NCBI GenBank assembly: GCA_036378675.1
Contig: DASUWA010000010.1
Coordinates: 14,661-78,660 of the forward strand
Direction: 5' to 3'
Source of the DNA: Acidimicrobiales bacterium
Lineage (GTDB): Bacteria; Actinomycetota; Acidimicrobiia; Acidimicrobiales; Palsa-688
DNA: 64,000 nucleotides
Shown here: one piece after another, positions 52,109-61,439 of the stretch
Numbering within the stretch: position 1 is the first letter of the stretch
How the letters are laid out: each line of letters opens with the position of its first letter
Program-made: the position numbers and the translations under genes
The notes under the pieces: model-generated
Seen by the model: the letters and a program-made list of their open reading frames with translations, nothing else
What the model was told of the DNA's origin: nothing
Database searches by the model: none

Positions 52109-53374
52109 ATGGACGTCGATGATCTGATCATGGTGAGCGTGGACGACCATGTGGTCGAGCCACCCAACGTCTTCGAGGGGCGTCTGCCCGCGAAGTACAA
52201 GGACCTGGCGCCGCGCTTCATCACCCGCGAGGACGGGACCAACGCGTGGGAGTACGAGGGCAGCGTCATGTCGAACGTCGCGTTGAACGCCGTGGCCGGA
52301 CGGCCGCCGGAGGAGTACGGGATCGAGCCGACCTCGTTCGACGAGATCCGGCCGGGAACGCACGACATCCACGAGCGGATCAAGGACATGAACGCCAACG
52401 GCGTTCTCGGCTCGCTTTGCTTCCCGTCGTTCCCCGGATTCTGCGGGCAGCTGTTCGCCCGCACCGAGGACAAAGACGTCGCCCTCGCGATGGTTCAGGC
52501 CTACAACGACTGGCACATCGACGAGTGGTGCGGCACCTACCCAGGCCGGTTCATCCCGTGCGCGCTCCCCGCGATCTGGGATCCCGAGATCATGGCCGCC
52601 GAGGTTCGCCGGACCGCAGCCAAGGGTGCGCTCTCGGTCACCTTCTCCGAGAACCCGTCGAAGCTCGGATGGCCGAGCTTCCACACCGATCACTGGGACC
52701 CGTTCTGGACAGCGTGCAGCGAAGAGGGCATCGTCGTCTGCCTGCACATCGGGTCGTCGTCGGAGTTGGTCATCACCGCCCCCGACGCACCCATGGACGT
52801 GCTCATCACGCTGACCCCGATGAATATCGTGCAAGCCGCCGCCGACCTGGTGTGGTCACCGGTGCTGCGGAAGTTCCCGGATCTCAAGATCGCGTTGTCG
52901 GAAGGCGGTATCGGCTGGATTCCGTACTTCCTGGAACGAGTCGACTACAACTACCAGCGCCACCACATCTGGACCGGCCAGAACTTCGGGGACCGTCTTC
53001 CGAGCGAGGTGTTCAACGACCACATGATCACCTGCTTCATCGACGATCACTTCGGGGTGGCGAGCCGCCAGTTCCTCGACATGGACAAGGTGTGCTGGGA
53101 GTGCGACTACCCTCACTCCGACTCGACCTGGCCGACCGCTCCGGAGACGTTCATGAAACAGATGGACGGGGTGGACCGCTACGACATCGAGCGGATCAGC
53201 CACCTCAACGCGATTCGGAACTTCGGCTACGACCCGTTCAGCGTGCTCCCCAAGGAGGAGTGCACGGTCGGCGCGCTGCGTCGCAAGGCGGCTGGTCACG
53301 ACGTCTCCATCACGGCGAAGGGAAAGCGTGGGACTGGCGCGACGCTGGCATCCCAACTAAACGCGAAGCGATGA
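52109..53374 (+). CDS. Amidohydrolase-2 family protein (second paralog)
   Basis: 421-aa ORF with GGGGAGGG upstream. Motifs MVSVDDHVVEP and ...WECDYPHSDSTWP, typical of metal-dependent hydrolases of this family. Confidence 0.8.
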   Translation: MDVDDLIMVSVDDHVVEPPNVFEGRLPAKYKDLAPRFITREDGTNAWEYEGSVMSNVALNAVAGRPPEEYGIEPTSFDEIRPGTHDIHERIKDMNANGVLGSLCFPSFPGFCGQLFARTEDKDVALAMVQAYNDWHIDEWCGTYPGRFIPCALPAIWDPEIMAAEVRRTAAKGALSVTFSENPSKLGWPSFHTDHWDPFWTACSEEGIVVCLHIGSSSELVITAPDAPMDVLITLTPMNIVQAAADLVWSPVLRKFPDLKIALSEGGIGWIPYFLERVDYNYQRHHIWTGQNFGDRLPSEVFNDHMITCFIDDHFGVASRQFLDMDKVCWECDYPHSDSTWPTAPETFMKQMDGVDRYDIERISHLNAIRNFGYDPFSVLPKEECTVGALRRKAAGHDVSITAKGKRGTGATLASQLNAKR

Positions 53375-54303
53375 CCGATACACCCAACGGCAGCTACCGC
53401 TACATCACCTACGAGACGCTCGACGAAGGCACCATCGCCCGGATACTCCTCAACCGACCGAAGACCCGCAACGCCCAGAACCGCGGGCTGCTCGTCGAGG
53501 TCGACGAGGCCTTCCGAGCCGCCGAAGCCGACGACCGCGTTCGCGTCGTCATATTCGGTGGCGTAGGTCCTCTCTTCTCCTCGGGCCACGACATGGGGTC
53601 CTCCGAGTCGAGGGCCGAGATGATGCCCGGGCCCGACCAGCACCCGACAGCCGTCATCAACGGAGGGACCCGCCAGGGCGCCGAGAAGCTGATGCTCCAG
53701 GAGTGGCACTACTTCTTCGACAACACCCGCCGCTGGAGGAATCTGCGCAAGATCACGGTCGCACAGGTTCAGGGAACCGTCTTCGCAGCCGGCTTGATGC
53801 TGATGTGGGCCTGCGACCTCATCTGCGCCGCGGACGATGTCAGCTTCGCTGACGTGGTCGGCACCCGGCTGGGGATGTGCGGCGTCGAATACTTCGCCCA
53901 TCCCTGGGAGTTCGGCCCCCGGCGGGCGAAGGAGTTGCTGCTCACCGGCGACTCGATGGACGTCGACGAGGCCTACCGGCTCGGAATGGTCTCTAAGGTG
54001 TTCCCCCGCGCCGATCTCGAAGAAAAGACCCTGGAGTTCGCCCGGCGGATCGCCAAGACACCCACGATGGCCGCGCTGCTCATCAAGGAGTCGGTGAATC
54101 AGAGCGTCGACAACATGGGCTTCTACAACGCGCTCAACGCGTGCTTCACGCTCCACGAGCTCAACCACAGCCACTGGGCGCAGATCCACGAGTCGAAGTA
54201 CCCGGTGGCCGAGTCGGCGGACGGCATTGCCGATTGGAGGACCGCGCCGCCCGTTCTTCCCGCGTTGAAAGACCAACCCGAGGCGCCTGCGCCTGCGAGG
54301 TGA
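53371..54303 (+). CDS. Enoyl-CoA hydratase/isomerase (crotonase) family protein
   Basis: The ATG at 53371 forms an ATGA overlap with the upstream stop. Motifs ILLNRPKTRNAQN, VVIFGGVGPLFSSGHDMG and GTVFAAGLMLMWACDL. Confidence 0.85.
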   Translation: MTDTPNGSYRYITYETLDEGTIARILLNRPKTRNAQNRGLLVEVDEAFRAAEADDRVRVVIFGGVGPLFSSGHDMGSSESRAEMMPGPDQHPTAVINGGTRQGAEKLMLQEWHYFFDNTRRWRNLRKITVAQVQGTVFAAGLMLMWACDLICAADDVSFADVVGTRLGMCGVEYFAHPWEFGPRRAKELLLTGDSMDVDEAYRLGMVSKVFPRADLEEKTLEFARRIAKTPTMAALLIKESVNQSVDNMGFYNALNACFTLHELNHSHWAQIHESKYPVAESADGIADWRTAPPVLPALKDQPEAPAPAR

Positions 54304-54307
54304 GCCG

Positions 54308-55885
54308 GTGAGCCCGACGCCACCCCCGGGAGCCGGTGCCCGGCGCCCGCAGGGTGTTTTCGACGTACTCGAGAATCCGGTTGCGCTCGCGCCTGACCGT
54401 CAGGCGTTGGTGACGCGTCAGGCGACGCTCACCTACTCGGAGTTCGACGATCTCGCCGATCGCGCCGCCGGCGCCCTATACGGGCTAGGCGCACGCCCCG
54501 GCGACCGGATCGCTGCCTCGCTGCCGAGCGACCTCGACATCCTCGCCGCCTTCCACGGTGCGATGCGCCTCGGCGCGATCTGGGTCGGCATCAACAGAGT
54601 CCTCGCAACCCCCGAGAAGCTGTACATGCTCGAGGATTGCGGGGCTTCCCTCTACCTTGTCGAGGAGACCGGTGACGGCAGCGCCGACGCACGCGCCGGA
54701 CACGAGTTGCGGGAAAAGCTGGACGGTCGCGTCGAGCTCGTCGAAACCCGGACGTGGCGCGAAGGGGTCGCCGGCTCCATCGGACGTCCCGATGTCGCTC
54801 CGCCGGATCCTCTGGCGCCGGCGGGGATTGCCTACACGAGCGGCACTACCGGTTTTCCCAAAGGGGCCGTGCACTGCCAGGCCGCGCTGCTCATGCCGGG
54901 CGCCGCGACCGTGGCGCGGCGTCAATGGGATCAGAGGCTGCGCAAAGGCGACTCGCTCCCGCTGACGATCCTGAACATGATGGTCCTCACAACTCTCCTG
55001 ACGGCTCAGTGTGGCGGGACCGCCGTCATCATCGACCAGGCGGACGTGGCGTCGATCGTGCGCTGGATCCGAGAACATCAAGTGACTGTGTGGAACGGCC
55101 CGCCGGCGCAGCTGTACACGATGGTCCACGACCAGTCGGTTCTGCCCGGGGATCTCGAGAGCCTCACCGAAGTATGGGTCGGCGGCGGCGACTGCCCGGA
55201 CAGCCTTCGCCTTGCCTTCGAAGAGCGGTTCGGCAAGCCGGTGAGCAGAACCTATGGGCTCACCGAATCCCCCGCCCTGGTGAGCATCGACGACCTCGTC
55301 GGAAGCAAGCCCTCAGGCACGAGCGGCCGGCCGCTCGACCACATATCGGTGAGATCTCAGGAAGGGGAGCTGGTCTTGTCCCCCACGCTCGATGGCCCCT
55401 GGGCCGGCAGCTACCGGCCTATGCTCGGCTACTGGAACCGGCCGGACGCGACCCAAGAGTCACTCCATGACGGCGTTCTTCACACCGGCGACCTCGGCGT
55501 GCTCGAGGGCGACGGGCACCTTCGGGTGCTCGGCCGCAAGAGCCACTTGATCATCCGTGGCGGCGCGAACGTCTACCCCGCCGAGGTGGAGCGGGTTCTG
55601 TCCGAAGCCCCCGGCGTACAGGCCTGCGCCGTGGTTGGAGTGCCCGACGAGCGGCTCGGCGAACGGGTGGGCGCCGTGATCGAGCCGGTCACCGGGCAAC
55701 AGCCGGATCCGGCAGAGATCCTGGCGCATTGCAGGGTCGCCCTGGCGTCTTACAAGTTGCCGGAGCGACTCGCATTTGTCGATCGCCTACCCCGCAACCA
55801 GATGGGAAAAATCCCCCGCGCCGCGGTCGCAGAGATTCTCAGCGGCCCTGCAGCGTTCGCAACGGATGACAGGATGAAGCAATGA
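54308..55885 (+). CDS. AMP-dependent acyl-CoA synthetase/ligase
   Basis: 525-aa ORF with a GTG start. AMP-binding motifs IAYTSGTTGFPKGA, YGLTES, TGDLG and the C-terminal Lys in GKIPR. Confidence 0.85.
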   Translation: MSPTPPPGAGARRPQGVFDVLENPVALAPDRQALVTRQATLTYSEFDDLADRAAGALYGLGARPGDRIAASLPSDLDILAAFHGAMRLGAIWVGINRVLATPEKLYMLEDCGASLYLVEETGDGSADARAGHELREKLDGRVELVETRTWREGVAGSIGRPDVAPPDPLAPAGIAYTSGTTGFPKGAVHCQAALLMPGAATVARRQWDQRLRKGDSLPLTILNMMVLTTLLTAQCGGTAVIIDQADVASIVRWIREHQVTVWNGPPAQLYTMVHDQSVLPGDLESLTEVWVGGGDCPDSLRLAFEERFGKPVSRTYGLTESPALVSIDDLVGSKPSGTSGRPLDHISVRSQEGELVLSPTLDGPWAGSYRPMLGYWNRPDATQESLHDGVLHTGDLGVLEGDGHLRVLGRKSHLIIRGGANVYPAEVERVLSEAPGVQACAVVGVPDERLGERVGAVIEPVTGQQPDPAEILAHCRVALASYKLPERLAFVDRLPRNQMGKIPRAAVAEILSGPAAFATDDRMKQ

Positions 55886-55898
55886 ACAGGATCAACCA

Positions 55899-56372
55899 AT
55901 GATCAGGGGAGAAGGTCAAGCAATGATCGCCGGGGTCAAGCCCGATGAAGTTTTCGACTTCGTGCTGGACCCGGCTCAGTACACCAAGGCCGACACGAAG
56001 ATGCGATGGGTCACCAAGCTCGCCGATCTGCCGGACGGCATGATCGCCAGAGAGGACGGGATGTTCATGGGGCGCTTTCCCGGATCGGTGGTCACCCGTT
56101 ACAAGTGGGAGAAGCCGAACCACATCGACGTGACCTTGGAACACGGAGTACCCGAGAACCTCCACGCCTGGTTCGAGATCGAGGAACGCGACGGTGGCAC
56201 CTGGATGCGGCACGTCGAGGAGATGGACTTCGGGCACGGTCCCGCCGGCTACCTCTACGACATGGTGGCGCGCCGCTGGTTCGAAGACGCGGTAACCAAG
56301 GAGGTCGCCGAGATCAAGCGCCTGATGGAAGCCGGCGAGCGCGGGCGGGGAGTGGAGGCGCTGACAACATGA
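55899..56372 (+). CDS. SRPBCC (START/polyketide cyclase-like) family protein
   Basis: 157-aa ORF whose size and beta/alpha pattern are typical of the family. It sits in a lipid-type catabolic operon. The family call is tentative. Confidence 0.55.
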   Translation: MIRGEGQAMIAGVKPDEVFDFVLDPAQYTKADTKMRWVTKLADLPDGMIAREDGMFMGRFPGSVVTRYKWEKPNHIDVTLEHGVPENLHAWFEIEERDGGTWMRHVEEMDFGHGPAGYLYDMVARRWFEDAVTKEVAEIKRLMEAGERGRGVEALTT

Positions 56373-56797
56373 CAGCCCGCCATTCCCTCGGAAGCGTTCT
56401 GCCGCTTCGTGTGCCTCCGTTCCTCGACCCGGACAACACCGCGTTCTGGACCGGCGGCAAGGACGGCCAGTTGCTGATCCTTCGTTGCGGTGACTGCGGC
56501 TGGTGGACCCACCCCGCCGCGCCGCGGTGCCGGCGCTGTCGGAGCGCGAACGTCAGCCCGCAGGCGGTGAGCGGCCGGGGCAAGGTCGCCACCTACACGG
56601 TCAACTACAAGGACTGGATCCCGGGGTCCGAGCCGTACATCATCGGTCTCGTCGAGCTGGAAGAGCAGCCCGCCCTTTTCATCACCACCAACCTCATCGA
56701 CATCGACGCCGAGGACATCGTTCTCGGCATGGACGTCACCCTCGACTTCGAAGAGTCGAACGAGATCTGGTACCCGCTGTTCAGGCCGGCCTCATGA
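56369..56797 (+). CDS. DUF35 Zn-ribbon / OB-fold protein (thiolase-partner type)
   Basis: The ATG at 56369 forms an ATGA overlap. Zn ribbon CGDCGWWTHPAAPRCRRC (CxxC-x10-CxxC), then OB-fold GKVATYTVNY...IIGLVELEEQP. Confidence 0.8.
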   Translation: MTARHSLGSVLPLRVPPFLDPDNTAFWTGGKDGQLLILRCGDCGWWTHPAAPRCRRCRSANVSPQAVSGRGKVATYTVNYKDWIPGSEPYIIGLVELEEQPALFITTNLIDIDAEDIVLGMDVTLDFEESNEIWYPLFRPAS

Positions 56798-57999
56798 CCA
56801 AGCTCATCGGTGAACGGCGCGCCTACATCTCGGGGATCGGCCAGTCGGTGGTCGGCCGGAGGTTGGGGCTGTCGGAGATGGAGCTCACCTGCCAGTCGGT
56901 GCTGGCCGCGATCGAAGACGCCGGCCTCCGACCCGAGGACATCGACGGCCTTTCCAGCTATCCCGGAATGGGCAAAGGGACTTCGACGGGCGGATTCGGG
57001 GGTCCTGGTCCGACCGAGGTGTTGGACGCGCTCAACCTGTCGGTCGGGTGGTACAGCGGGAGCATGGACGGCGCCGCCCAGCTGATGGCCGTGGTCAACG
57101 CGTGCATGGCGATCGCGACTGGACTTGCCCGTCACGTCGTCGTGTACCGGACCGTGACCGAGTCGACCGCGCAGGGAGCGTCCAGCCGCGGCGGCATCGG
57201 ATCGTCGGGGATGGGCCGGGGCGTCCCCGGAGCCATGCAGTACCTGATCCCGTTCGGGGCGATGTCGGCAGCCGACTGGGTCGCCTATTCGGCCCGCTAC
57301 CACTTCGACCGGTTCGGGCTCACCCGCGAGAAGCTCGGCCAGATCGCTATGAGCAACCGGCGTCACGCGGCGCTCAACCCCAAGGCGCTGCTACGCGACC
57401 CGATGACGCTCGAGGACTACCTGAATGCCCGAATGATCGCCGACCCTCTGTGCCTCTACGACTGCGATCTTCCCTGTGACGGCTCGACGACTTTGGTCGT
57501 CTCGAGCATCGACACAAGCGAGGACTCGCGTCACGTACCGGTCCAGATCCACGCGGTAGGGACCGCGATGCGCGGCCGCCCGTCCTGGGACCAGTGGGAA
57601 GACTTGGCCACGTTTCCGGGACAAGGGGCGGCCGAGCAGCTATGGGAACGGGCGGACCTGTCCCCCGGGGACGTGGATGTGGCTCAGCTCTACGACGGGT
57701 TCTCGATGATCACGGTCCTGTGGCTCGAAGCCCTCGGGTTCTGCCCGACGGGCGGCGCCGGCGACTTTCTCGAGGACGGTAAGAGAATCGGTCTCGATGG
57801 CGAGCTTCCGTTGAACACCAGCGGCGGCCAGCTCTCCGCCGGCAGGCTCCACGGCTTCGGACTGATCCACGAGGCGGTCCTGCAGCTACGGGGGGCCGGC
57901 GGGGAACGGCAAGTGCCGGGCGATCCCGAAGTGGCGGCCGTCGCCAACGGAGCGGGCTTCACGACCGGTTGCATGCTCCTCACCCGAGGCCTCGCGTAG
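56794..57999 (+). CDS. Thiolase-fold, SCP-x/lipid-transfer-protein-like enzyme (Ltp-type)
   Basis: The ATG at 56794 forms an ATGA overlap. Contains LPLNTSGGQLSAGRLHGFGLIHEAVLQLRG and LYDCDLPCDGSTTLVV. There is no Cys at the position where the thiolase nucleophile is expected (YSGSMDGAAQLMAV). Confidence 0.8.
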   Translation: MTKLIGERRAYISGIGQSVVGRRLGLSEMELTCQSVLAAIEDAGLRPEDIDGLSSYPGMGKGTSTGGFGGPGPTEVLDALNLSVGWYSGSMDGAAQLMAVVNACMAIATGLARHVVVYRTVTESTAQGASSRGGIGSSGMGRGVPGAMQYLIPFGAMSAADWVAYSARYHFDRFGLTREKLGQIAMSNRRHAALNPKALLRDPMTLEDYLNARMIADPLCLYDCDLPCDGSTTLVVSSIDTSEDSRHVPVQIHAVGTAMRGRPSWDQWEDLATFPGQGAAEQLWERADLSPGDVDVAQLYDGFSMITVLWLEALGFCPTGGAGDFLEDGKRIGLDGELPLNTSGGQLSAGRLHGFGLIHEAVLQLRGAGGERQVPGDPEVAAVANGAGFTTGCMLLTRGLA

Positions 58000-58608
58000 A
58001 TGCAGCAGCGCGCCGGGGAGGTGACCCCCGAGGCTCAAGCGGAGCGCGCCAAGCTCATGGATGCCGCTCTGAAGGTCATGAAGCTCAACGGCTTCCAGGG
58101 GGCGAGCGTCCAGGACATTCTCGACGAGGCCGGGCTTTCGACCCGGGCGTTCTACCGGCAGTTCCGGTCCAAGGACGACCTCCTGCTCGCCATGTTCCGA
58201 ACCGCTTCCGCGCGCGATGTCGAGGCCGTCGTGAAGCGGGTCGCCAACGCCGCGGGCCCGTTGGAGGGATTGCACGCGTGGATCGACGAGATGACGGCGA
58301 TCGCGTTCGACCGTCGCCGGCTGAGCCGCATGGTGATGTTCAACGTGTCTGCGCGCCAGGCGGTCGGTTTCGACGAAGAGTGCGATTACATGCGCGAGCG
58401 ACTCACCAGTCCGTTGGCCGATTCGCTTCGTACGGGTCTCGAGGACGGGTCGTTCCCGTCCGCCCGTCCGGAGGACGACGCCAACACGATCTTCGATCTG
58501 CTCTGGAGCGTCGCCGGACCGGTGGCGAGGCGCGGCCGCCCGCTTGATCGGCAGGATGCCCGCTCATACCTTTTGCGGTTCGCTCTTCCCGCCTTGCGCA
58601 GCAACTGA
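58000..58608 (+). CDS. TetR family transcriptional regulator
   Basis: The ATG directly follows the upstream TAG. HTH region AKLMDAALKVMKLNGFQGASVQDILDEAGLSTRAFYRQF. Confidence 0.8.
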   Translation: MQQRAGEVTPEAQAERAKLMDAALKVMKLNGFQGASVQDILDEAGLSTRAFYRQFRSKDDLLLAMFRTASARDVEAVVKRVANAAGPLEGLHAWIDEMTAIAFDRRRLSRMVMFNVSARQAVGFDEECDYMRERLTSPLADSLRTGLEDGSFPSARPEDDANTIFDLLWSVAGPVARRGRPLDRQDARSYLLRFALPALRSN

Positions 58609-58675
58609 AAACGGTATTGTCGCGAGGACTCGTCGCTCGTCTCGCACGGGCGACCGCGAGCACAGGGGAGGCCTG

Positions 58676-60154
58676 ATGCCGAGTTTCGAACCAGAGGAGC
58701 GGATGCTCGTCGACGGCAAGTTGGTCCACGCCGACAGCGGAGCGACCTTCGACAACGTGAATCCCGCGACCGAAGAAGTCCTCGGTGTGGTGGCCGACGC
58801 AGGCCCCGGCGATATGGACAGAGCAATAGCTGCCGCCCGCCGTGCCTTCGACGAGACCGACTGGGCGACCAACGGGAAGCTGCGCCAGCACTGCTTGGCT
58901 CAGCTGCAAGCGGCGCTGGAGGAGGAGCAGGAGCAGCTGCGCGCCGAGCTGGTCGCGGAGGTGGGTACGCCGGTGCTACTCACCTATGGGCCGCAGCTCG
59001 ACGCTCCCCTTTCGGAGGCCCTCAAGTGGCCGGCGGCTTTCATCGACGAGTTCCATTGGGAGCGGGACCTGCCCGAGGGAACCGCGTTCGGAACGCGGAG
59101 CTGGCGGAAGGTGGTCAAGGAACCGGTTGGCGTGGTCGCCGCCATAGTCCCCTGGAACTATCCCTTCGAAGTCTCGCTGAACAAGCTGGGCCCTGCGCTG
59201 GCCACGGGCAACACCGTCATCCTGAAGCCCGCGCCGCTGACCCCGTGGAACGCGACTCGCATCGGTCGGATCGTCGCCGAGAAGACCGACTTTCCGCCGG
59301 GCGTGGTGCAGGTGGTTCCCACCTCGGACAATGCGGTTGCGGAGCGGCTGGTAGTCGACCCGCGCGTCGACCTGATCTCGTTCACCGGCTCGACAGCCGT
59401 CGGGAAGCGGATCATGGAGAAGGGCGCGCCCACGCTGAAGCGGCTCTTCCTCGAGCTGGGCGGCAAGTCGGCGGACATCGTCCTCGACGACGCCGACCTG
59501 GCGGCCAAGTGCTCGATGTCGTGGATGGTGTGCGTCCACGGAGGCCAGGGCTGCGTCATGTTGACCCGCTTGCTTCTCCCCCGCTCCCGGTACGACGAGG
59601 CGATCGAGATCATGGAGGCCGGGTTCAAGACCGTCGGTTACGGTGACCCGACCGACGAGTCCAACCTGCAGGGTCCCCAGATCAGCGCTGCGCAGCGCGA
59701 CCGGGTTCTCGGCTACATCGAGTCGGCGCGCAAGGAAGGTGCCCGGGTCGTCGTAGGTGGTGGAAAGCCGGCGCACCTGCCGGTCGGTTACTACGTCGAG
59801 CCGACCCTCATCGCCGACGTGGACAACTCGATGACCGTCGCCCGGGAGGAGATCTTCGGACCGGTTCTGGTCGCCATCCCCTACGAGGACGAGGACGACG
59901 CGGTTCGAATCGCCAACGACAACCAGTACGGCCTCGGTTGCGGCGTCACCTCCGCTTCAGAGGAGCGTGCGGTCGCCGTTGCACGAAGGATCCGCGCCGG
60001 CACCGCGTCGGTCAACGGTGGCGTCTGGTACGGGGCCGACTCCCCGTTCGGTGGTTACAAGGCAAGCGGCGTAGGCCGGCAGAACGGAGTCGAAGGCTTC
60101 GAGCAGTACACCGAGACCAAGACCATCGCCGGCCCGCTCCCGCCTGCGAGTTGA
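58676..60154 (+). CDS. NAD(P)-dependent aldehyde dehydrogenase
   Basis: Trimmed to the ATG at 58676, which follows AGGGGAGG. Motifs VVAAIVPWNYPF, FLELGGKSA (catalytic Glu region), HGGQGCVMLTR (catalytic Cys) and EEIFGPVL. Confidence 0.9.
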   Translation: MPSFEPEERMLVDGKLVHADSGATFDNVNPATEEVLGVVADAGPGDMDRAIAAARRAFDETDWATNGKLRQHCLAQLQAALEEEQEQLRAELVAEVGTPVLLTYGPQLDAPLSEALKWPAAFIDEFHWERDLPEGTAFGTRSWRKVVKEPVGVVAAIVPWNYPFEVSLNKLGPALATGNTVILKPAPLTPWNATRIGRIVAEKTDFPPGVVQVVPTSDNAVAERLVVDPRVDLISFTGSTAVGKRIMEKGAPTLKRLFLELGGKSADIVLDDADLAAKCSMSWMVCVHGGQGCVMLTRLLLPRSRYDEAIEIMEAGFKTVGYGDPTDESNLQGPQISAAQRDRVLGYIESARKEGARVVVGGGKPAHLPVGYYVEPTLIADVDNSMTVAREEIFGPVLVAIPYEDEDDAVRIANDNQYGLGCGVTSASEERAVAVARRIRAGTASVNGGVWYGADSPFGGYKASGVGRQNGVEGFEQYTETKTIAGPLPPAS

Positions 60155-60209
60155 GACACCACATAAACCCTGGGGCCGGGGAACTCCCCGATCATCGAAG
60201 GAGCCCGCT

Positions 60210-61427
60210 TTGAAGCGAATCATGGAAGGAATCCGCGTCGTCGAGGTCGCCGCGTGGACGTACGTGCCGATCGCCGGCGCGGTTCTCGCCGAATGGGGCG
60301 CCGACGTGATCAAGATCGAGCACCCCGAGTCCGGTGACCCTCAACGCGGCCTGGTCACGTCGGGACTCATGCCGTCCGGGCCCGGCTCGGTGAACTTCAT
60401 GATCGAGCTTCCCAACCGGGGCAAGCGCAGCGTCGGCCTGGATCTCAAGAACGAGCAGGGACGCCAGGTGCTGCTCGACCTGGTGAAGACCGCCGATGTG
60501 TTCCTCACCAACTTCCGCCCGCAGGCCCGCAAGAACCTCCGGATCGACGTCGACGACCTGCGAGCGGTGAACCCTCGCCTCATCTACGTGCGCGGCTCGG
60601 GGCAAGGGCAGCGCGGTCCCGAATCCGAGCGAGGCGGGTACGACGCCTGCTCCTACTGGGCGCGGGGCGGATCCGCCGACATCATCAGCGATCCCGACGA
60701 CTACCCCCTGATGCAGCCCGGCCCGGCGTACGGCGACGTGATCGGGGGCATGACCATCGCCGGAGGCATCTCCGCTGCGCTCTACCACCGCGAACGAACG
60801 GGAGAAGCCCTCGTGGTCGACAACTCGCTGCTCGCCACCGGCATGTGGGCGACCGGAGCGTCGGTCCTGATGGCCGGGCTGTTCGGCTTCGGGAGATTCC
60901 CCCGCGGCAACCGGGGGAAGGCGCCGAACCCACTCGTGCTGACGTACAAAACCAAGGACGGCCGGTACCTGTCGCTCGTCATGCTCGAATCCGACCGCTA
61001 CTGGGCCGACCTGGTGCACAAGGTCGGAAGGTCGGAGCTCGCCGACGACCCGCGGTTCGTCGACGCCGCAGCCCGTGCGCAGAACAGCGAGGAATGCGTC
61101 GCGATTCTCGACGAGATCTTCGCCAGCCGGACTTTCGAGGAATGGAAGTCGCTTCTGCAAGAGGTCAAAGGGGTATGGGCGCCGGTCCAGACGGCCGCGG
61201 AAGTCCTCGAGGATCCGCAGGTCCTGGAGAACGGCTACCTGCGCGAGGTCGAAGCGGCCTCGGGAACCAAGTTCAGAATGGTCGCCTCGCCGCTGCAGTT
61301 CGACGAGGAACCGGCCGACCTGGTTCGCGCGCCCGACCACGGAGAGCACACTGACGAGGTCCTGGGCGAGCTCGGCCTCGACACCGACGCGATCCTCGAA
61401 CTGAAGATCGCCGGCGCCGTCCTATAA
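60210..61427 (+). CDS. Family III CoA-transferase (CaiB/BaiF / alpha-methylacyl-CoA racemase-like)
   Basis: 405-aa ORF. Contains IRVVEVAAWTYVPIAGAVLAEWGADVIKIEHPESGDPQR and YGDVIGG, typical of the CoA_transf_3 family. Confidence 0.85.
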   Translation: MKRIMEGIRVVEVAAWTYVPIAGAVLAEWGADVIKIEHPESGDPQRGLVTSGLMPSGPGSVNFMIELPNRGKRSVGLDLKNEQGRQVLLDLVKTADVFLTNFRPQARKNLRIDVDDLRAVNPRLIYVRGSGQGQRGPESERGGYDACSYWARGGSADIISDPDDYPLMQPGPAYGDVIGGMTIAGGISAALYHRERTGEALVVDNSLLATGMWATGASVLMAGLFGFGRFPRGNRGKAPNPLVLTYKTKDGRYLSLVMLESDRYWADLVHKVGRSELADDPRFVDAAARAQNSEECVAILDEIFASRTFEEWKSLLQEVKGVWAPVQTAAEVLEDPQVLENGYLREVEAASGTKFRMVASPLQFDEEPADLVRAPDHGEHTDEVLGELGLDTDAILELKIAGAVL

Positions 61428-61439
61428 GGAGCCGAATGT

